DNA of 64,000 nt from Tubulanus polymorphus. Lineage: Eukaryota > Animalia > Nemertea. Shown one piece after another: positions 56,218 through 64,000 of the stretch. Within the stretch, counting starts at the first letter, position 1, and each line of letters starts with the position of its first letter. A model generated the notes under the pieces. The model did not search any database and was not told the origin of the DNA. It saw only the letters and a list, made by a program, of their open reading frames with translations. Position numbers and translations under genes: made by a program. The stretch is taken from the NCBI RefSeq assembly GCF_964204645.1, contig NC_134026.1, positions 186,001 through 250,000 of the forward strand. The letters are read 5' to 3'.

Positions 56218-57004
56218 TGACCAGTACCGCGATCACACGGACACGATACGGTCCGAGTCAAACTGACCAGGACCAGTACCGCGATCACACGGACACGATA
56301 CGGTCCAGGTCAAACTGACCAGGTCCAGGACCGTGATCACACGGACACGATACGGTCCGGGTCAAACTGACCAGGACCAGGACCGCGATCACACGGACAC
56401 GATACGGTCCGGATCAAACTGACCAGGACCAGTACCGCGATCACACGGACACGATACGGTCCGGGTCAAACTGACCAGGACCAGTACCGCGATCACACGG
56501 ACACGATACGGTCCGAGTCAAACTGACCAGGACCAGTACCGCGATCACACGGACACGATACGGTCCGGGTCAAACTGACCAGGACCAGTACCGCGATCAC
56601 ACGGACACGATACGGTCCAGGTCAAACTGACCAGGACCAGTACCGCGATCACACGGACACGATACGGTCCGGGTCAAACTGACCAGGACCAGTACCGCGA
56701 TCACACGGACACGATACGGTCCGGGTCAAACTGACCAGGACCAGTACCGCGATCACACGGACACGATACGGTCCAGGTCAAACTGACCAGGTCCAGAACC
56801 GCGATCACACGGACACGATACGGTCCGGGTCAAACTGACCAGGACCAGGACCGCGATCACACGGACACGATACGGTCCGGGTCAAACTGACCAGGACCAG
56901 GACCGCGATCACACGGACACGATACGGTCCGGGTCAAACTGACCAGGATCAGTACCGCGATCACACGGACACGATACGGTCCGGGTCAAACTGACCAGGA
57001 CCAG
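56218..57004. repeat. 52-bp minisatellite x15
   Basis: ccagtaccgcgatcacacggacacgatacggtccgggtcaaactgaccagga; units start at 56221 + 52n, no indels. Confidence 0.97.
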
Positions 57005-58683
57005 ACCCGAATTGAATTTGACTCGTACTTCTTGATTATTCACACGTAAATAAATCATTCAATCGATCCTAAATTCAGATCAAAACAGAATAATGAGATC
57101 CGTGCTTAAATCTGGCCCGAGTCTGGTCCAATGTGATGAGGATCTTTACTGAAGACGATCACTCAAATACCCGCATGATTCTATTCGTATTTCAAGTAGT
57201 AGCGCAGACGTTTGTCGACGTTACTTTGAGTGAATTCAGCTCCGTTTTACAGAACGATGTAAAGTTTCATTTGTCCGTAGTAAACATCGATGAAGATTCG
57301 AAATGGGTTCCTGGTATAAATCGTTCCAAAGCTACCGATACATCCCGAGTTAAACCAACAAAAGAGATCTTTGACAAACGTCTTTACTTATAGAAATGTC
57401 TGGAAGTCGAGCAAACAAACTGTACGAAAACTGGTTTCTGGACTGTGATGCATCTTCTGCGATGTATCACTATCCATTACTAAAGACTAGATGTCTTATG
57501 GTATATCATCGTATTTCCGTAGTATGTCATGACATATCTTCAATTTTTAATCAAGACTATAAAGTATATTTACAGAGGAATCGGATTAATACAATGTTTG
57601 TTTACTCGAGATGTCCTCACACTCATATTTATGACATACACGTTCGTATTTGTGTCGAGGCCTATTCTCCGCATGCATAAGATATTAAAATATTGCGTTC
57701 TTTAAAGTAGGGTATTAACGGATGTAAGAGGTAGACGTTCGACAAGATCTAAATCACTTCCTCGTCGTATGAGATTGATCTCGGCGCTGTGGAGAACGTG
57801 CGGGGAACCCGGGTAATATCTCTCTTCACTACCACCACGACATATACGTAATGGCGGATCATAGGATTAAAAATTGATAGATTAATGAAGCTGACACGCC
57901 GTGACACATTCTACTGCAGTACCGTTCATATCACGACGTTATAAGTGTGACAAAATTCATCCGATCAAAGCTGCTTCGTTTTAATTCCGAGACAAAAATT
58001 ATTAGACGCTTTTCACCATTTACAACCTTGACACGCGAGTGGGGATGCTGAAGCTGGAGTCCATGATTCGCAGTATCATCTTTTATTTTCATTTTTTCAG
58101 CCGCGATTTGATGAATGAATGGCAGCCATACTTAAACCAGGTTGATGAATGGTTTGTTAATTGTAGCGCGGTATTTATCAGTCATTTGCAATTCCCTCGT
58201 TCCCGAGCTTTCTTTTGACGTTAGACTTCTTTTAATGGAAATAGTGGCTATATGTGACGCGGAGTGCCTGATCATCCTGTATCTCCCCAGATATAACGAC
58301 AAAGATCTTTTTTGGTAAAAGCTATATGTTTGTTGACTGTGATGTCGAGGAGATCAAAGAACTTTACGACCGAAAATAGCCAATAACACTGAGTAATCAA
58401 ATTCCCAATTCGAAAACAATGTTTTTATATTGATAAATAAAAGAAGTCTTCACACAAATACTAAAAAATGTACACATGTTACCATCATAAATCATGAAAT
58501 GACAAGTGCAGTCAAAGCTACACTAGTGCCATGCACTGATGTGCCCGATTCAACACGTCATTCCCATTTTTATCAATCTATTAATGCAAATAAATTGTAG
58601 CTATTGCAATTTAAAACAACGTTATAGCATAACGTAGGAATTCATATGACACATGCAGTCCACCGTTTTTATATCCATAATAA

Positions 58684-58806
58684 GCCAGTTTCACAGTCAA
58701 GGCTTCGATTTAAGACCACCTTAGTTCTACGGCCAATCTAACAGCTTAAGACCTGATTTACGATAAGACAACGTTCGGGCTTAAGTCATGACTATGTAAC
58801 TGAGCC
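58684..58806. mobile_element. MITE family A copy
   Basis: Degenerate TIRs gccagtttcacagtca...tgactatgtaactgagcc around the shared core. Confidence 0.55.
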
Positions 58807-61430
58807 GTGTAGTTCAAATTCGCTATCAGACATATTCAGACCTATTTTTACTGCTATGAATATTTCAACGCAGGCACCAAGAAAGGCGATGAATGGTCCT
58901 TGAATAATGCGAGAAAGGCGTTAATTCCAGATCCTAATTCCGTGTTAGGAGAATTAGACTTAATAGGAAGCTTTAGGGATCTACTGGCGTCGTCAAATAA
59001 TCACTTTTGAATCGAACAGTTGGCATGAAATTCCGCAACTCGGGGATCCATTTAAAAAATTCTACGATTTAAAGCGTTAATGGAGTGTTGATTCAATTAC
59101 TCGTGAGATAGATTGACAATCTTCTGCTGAAACCAAGCTTTCAATACGAGGAATAATTACGACACTAAATTTCAATTTACATATGAAGAAAGGAAACTGG
59201 ACAAATTTATTAGACATTTCCTACCCTAACGTCGCCATTGCTCAATTCGCAATACAACATCGCGACGGTGAATACTGCGCTAACTTCTTATTTTCTTCTA
59301 TACTGAGATTAATAGCCGCGTGTTCGCGAACATCCCTCGATCGATGATTGCAAGATCAAACTAGATTTGGCTGAGAAATATATTGGGTATTGATATCTGT
59401 CGTATCTCTAAATCACCAACGAGATTTATGTCGCATCCAGATGCCGGAATAGCAAAGATAATGGTGCAGAAGAAGATATCACAGCCGTTAGCTGTTGAAG
59501 GAATAGATGTGCTTAGGGCTCGCGATGGTCTGACGAAACCATTATACGTATATGATGGCGTAATTAATTCAAATTCTAAAAGAAATAGAACACTTTTTAA
59601 TACGCCGAAAGAAAAACAAGATCCAATACACGACGTTCGGCTGTCATCGCTTGTTAACCCCCCTGATAGCTTTCACAATAGATAAGAATTGTCTTTCTCG
59701 AGAAAAGCAACGTTGGTTCGCGACATGCGGACCTTGGATCCAGTTGGATCTCAGTACTAGGGAACTCGGTACTGGAATTGTTGATATATATACTCGAAGA
59801 AAGTAATTTCCTGCAGTTTATGAATTTTCTGATAAAAATGCGATTTACATTCCTCGAATATTCCTCCGGTCACATATTTCATTCCAGCTACATATACACG
59901 ACGGAAGTCATGGAATTTAATGTTCGCGAATAGTTGGAAACTTTTCCTATTATATATCCTCAATCCATCTCGCTGAGAATTAGACTTTTCGGGAAAATGA
60001 ATATCGTCATCGAACACTTTCTCTCTCACTAGAAAATTCTATATATACTTTATGAGCTTTCAGTCACCTCGGCTAAAGGAATTTAACGCCGAAAAATGTC
60101 GTATGTGAGTAATTTGATCGCGTGGTATTCAAATAGTTTCAGCCTCATCTAAAATCAATTTCACAGCCTTCTCCTCAACTATACCGTATTTTCACCAGCC
60201 AATAAAATGTCATACAGTATCTTGTACGAGCGGTTAATACGGAATATGAGAATGGCTGATTTAGTTTCCGGGTTTATTGAATATCGCTTCGAAACTAAAA
60301 GTAAGAAAAGTACGTGGCAAGATTATAAACTGTGGCGAGTATAATAATCATGCGTCGACTGTTTTTAAGCAGGTGCCTCTTCTCGTTGAATCTGTCCTCT
60401 TTGTCGAGACGTAAATCATTTAAACCGGCGAATTTGACGCTCATCGTCAGAAATATTATCTGATGTTTTCGTATGTATGACACCGATGGGGGGGGGCGGC
60501 TTACTGTCGTCGATGGGGCTGATTTATCCGAGGTTTGCCGCTCTTACTTAGGAACCGTTTTTCCTTCCACGATCTTGGCCCCAGAAAACGCAGAAATCGT
60601 CTTTTTAAGACAAACCATGGACTTTGAATGATTAAAATGGGGTTCTCAGACAAAGTACGAAGCAGTTTCGAGCGATGATGACACGATGGCTTCTGATGGT
60701 GGCTGATGCTTGAGGGGGGAACCAGAGAACTGCTGGGATCGGGAATCGGACTTAAAGCCTGTAGAAGTCGACTTACTCGGAATTCCGCAAGTCAGTCACT
60801 GATTATAATCACTATACGAAGAGGCAGTGTTATTACTGATTAGAGGATTGAGTGTGAATAATCTGTGCCGACTGTTGTATCAAATACTGTAGATTTAGAT
60901 ATTCTATTCATTTGATTTGCAATAAGAATAGAGAACAGAATGCTGGACGACTGGTGAAGTTAGAAGAACTTATTACCATAAAACAGCCGAAAAGCCGATA
61001 AAAACTCACAATGCGCACTCCTAAAAATAACTACAAATTCAAGGACATTACATATAATCCAATACATAAATATTTGATATGATACATTATTTTGGGATTA
61101 ATCATGGAAATGTATACTTGAAACGTGTTTAGAAATCTTCTTTTTTTTGTTTAGTCCAAGAGAAAATGAGAATAATGTTTACTCGCGGTTGTCGTAAGAC
61201 TCGGTTCGCAACTCGTCAGTGCATATACAGCCCGTCATCAACCGTACAACTTCCAATCAGCAGCGACACTAGATTCTGCCTTTGATATCGTGTTTAATTT
61301 TCCGTGATGAGAATCGTCTAAATATGCGGTAGAGTACAGTATGATTATCAGGAGTACAGTAACCACAGCTTCACACAACACACCTTTCACTAGAATATCT
61401 CTTTGCTCCGATGCGTGAGAGTCGATGTGC

Positions 61431-61649
61431 ACTACGTCATCAATATTGGCGTTTCAGAATTGTGAATATTTGCGTTCAGTTTGTAATGAAATGAATTTCA
61501 TGACTTATTTTCTGAATTTTCATCTCTTTTCATGATGAATTCTACTGGAAATCAGGTCGTTGTGTGAGTGAGTGGATGTGGACTACGTCATCAATATTGG
61601 GACTAGACCGGCGTGAATGAGGACTACGTCATCAATATTGGGACTAGAC
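61431..61649. repeat. Three copies of a 19-bp motif
   Basis: actacgtcatcaatattgg at 61431, 61582 and 61623. Confidence 0.8.
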
Positions 61650-64000
61650 AGGTTGCCGGTCAATTCAATCAAATTGTCAATATATTCAAATTCCAATCAG
61701 CTTTATTGATGCTTAATAATATATTATATTATTCAACATCGACAATATTTATCAATAAAAATGCTATTTTTAATGGCGTCAGTTACGAGTTTTCATGTTC
61801 TTATCGACTTTTCCATATTCCGTTTCTATTTATCAAAATCCCGTACAATCTGAAAATATAATCATCCAGCTATGCTGCTTTACGAGATACGGCGGAACAC
61901 TGAAAGAAAAAATCATTGATGAAATTCTTGCGAGAGTCTCAATCAAGTCTTATTTTTAGAAGAAAAAAAAGAAGTTTTTCTGGCGTCCCATTATACAACG
62001 ATTTCATTTACTCGAATTTCTGTCTCTGATTAATCAACAGTTGGCAGCAAATTCGTCAGATTTCGCGTCCTCGAATAATGAACATCATTTATTGTGGCGC
62101 GATATCCGCGGATTACTATAGACGACACTAATCAACGCCGAGACTTAGCGAGAGATTAATGATCGCGATCATATATAGAATACGAGCCTACCGTGAAAAA
62201 TAAAGGATTCGAACCCAAACATTCCAATCAACGGATTAATGACGTTACGTCATAACAACGTTGATAAGCTGTATTCTTACGCTGGGGGATAATCGACGTA
62301 GTTTTTACCGCCGCGATAAGAAAATTCCAAGAAAAAAAAACAGCCACGAAAATTAGAGTACGCATAGTGTATATGAGAAAAAAACATCAACCAATAAAGT
62401 TAAACCGGCGACCGACTGGGGAAACAAGAGGAATTCAAATACACTCAATTTTATACAAATAATGGACGGCAAATAATGTGAAATGGCGAATCAATATTTT
62501 ACTCTTCGCTGTCAGCTGCGAAGTAGACCTTTTATGTTGAAAGTAAAGAAAATAACCAATAAGTAATATGGTCTTGCACACGCCTACTTAGGTTCATATC
62601 TGTAAATATCTTATTTCTGAAAAATATCATTTCGCTGATTGATTTTCTGTATATTTCATGTCATTTCGGAATTGCACGCACGATTTGCTTTTTTTATTAT
62701 TACTTCGCGTATGTTTCAGCCACTTATGCGGACAACTTTCCATTAGTTACGGTTTTTGTCGAATAACAAGCAAATAGTTCAATCTATTGAGTAGGCGGCG
62801 TGACGTGTCATTTCATCGAAAACATTATGATTGAGTAAAAGTTTCTACAGTTGTGAAGATCAAAGTTCATTCCCAAATATTTAAAACATGGGGTTTACTA
62901 CGTCCGTGTGAACCGAGTCAAAATAATCCTGCCGTTCCCTAGTTGTGACTCGAGTTTCAATCACAAATTTAGCCCGGCCAAAAAAGGCTCGCGTGGATCG
63001 CGGATTACGATAGATATTTCCATGAGAATCATGTGTTCAGTGTTTGTTGTCTGTGGTTCAGTGTTAATAGTCGATACCCAGTAACAACCGGTAACAACCG
63101 GTAACAGCCGGTCGCGCATTCTACATTTGCATTTTTCATCAAATCGTCGTTGATTATTATTGACAGTATAAACCGTTACGACTTTAGATCGCAGCTGAAT
63201 TGAGGAAACCCGAACGAGTGCGCGTGCGCGTAAACCGACGCCGGAATTAGATGGGAAAGAATCTTATACCCGATTCTTTAAGCCATTGACACGTGAGATG
63301 TGTTTAGAAATATATCGTGTTTGTATAGTTTCAAAATGAGAAATAAATTGTTTTTTAGATGAACGATATGATCATGAGGTTTTAGATGAACGATATATGA
63401 TCATGACTGTATGATTACGCATTCGTTCAACTAATTTGCTACCTGTTTCTAATCTATGATATTCCGGTCCAATGATAGCCAGTTAGTTGTGACATTCAAT
63501 TCGATTTAAAAAGTGGTTTCCTACATTTTTAAAGTGGTTTCCTTCCTTCGTAAAACCTTTCCGTATTATTAGATACACATCTTCGGGCTGGAAAAAGAAA
63601 CAAAGTAATTTCTTCTCATAACCATTATATAACAGCCAATCCGTTCTAACATCATCTTTCAATCTGAAAGAAAGTTCTGTAATCTAAAATGTCTATCAGC
63701 TATTATATCTGCATTGAAATGAAAGACGAATCTGGTACAATTTTTTTTTCTCCTCGTGAAATAAATAATAGAAATGTTTTGCTTCGAGTATTGTTTGTTT
63801 TTTACGTAGTTACAAATGATGTCGTTGACATCAAAGTCTGTCAGTACATGTAGCACTATTGATTGTGACGATAGAACGCCAGACACGGAGTCCACGTTCG
63901 CTTCATTTCACCTGAGCTTGTATTCTCCACGGCTACGGCATTTCTAGGACATAATGTTACCGGTGTCCGGTCATTGCAGAACCATACGCCTGATTACTGG

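Noticed and set aside
56218-57004. CRISPR-like regular array (also 41380-42016 and 26143-26301)
   Set aside because: Units are contiguous near-identical repeats with no unique spacers, there are no cas genes, and the context is eukaryotic.

Overview
Eukaryotic, AT-rich and not visibly CpG-depleted DNA, probably from a lophotrochozoan-type invertebrate (inferred from the receptor sequence and repeat landscape; the species cannot be identified). Only one protein-coding region is convincing: an intronless class-A biogenic amine GPCR of the tyramine receptor 1 (TAR1 / Oct-TyrR) type on + (ATG 53100, stop 54485). Signals suggest a non-coding first exon at about 5866-6112 joined over a ~46.7 kb 5'UTR intron to an acceptor at 52833, so most of the window may be this one transcription unit. 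The rest is non-coding: a 2.2 kb element with long terminal inverted repeats, several MITE, SINE and L2 relics, microsatellites and minisatellites. The most notable items are a 15 x 52 bp array just 3' of the gene in which 12 units carry a perfect GGTCAnnnTGACC (ERE/IR3) palindrome, two adjacent (TA)n-centred palindromes, ten full CRE palindromes, and a short LAGLIDADG-like motif in a GC-richer island. I found no clear multi-gene novel system. All counts and alignments were done by eye.
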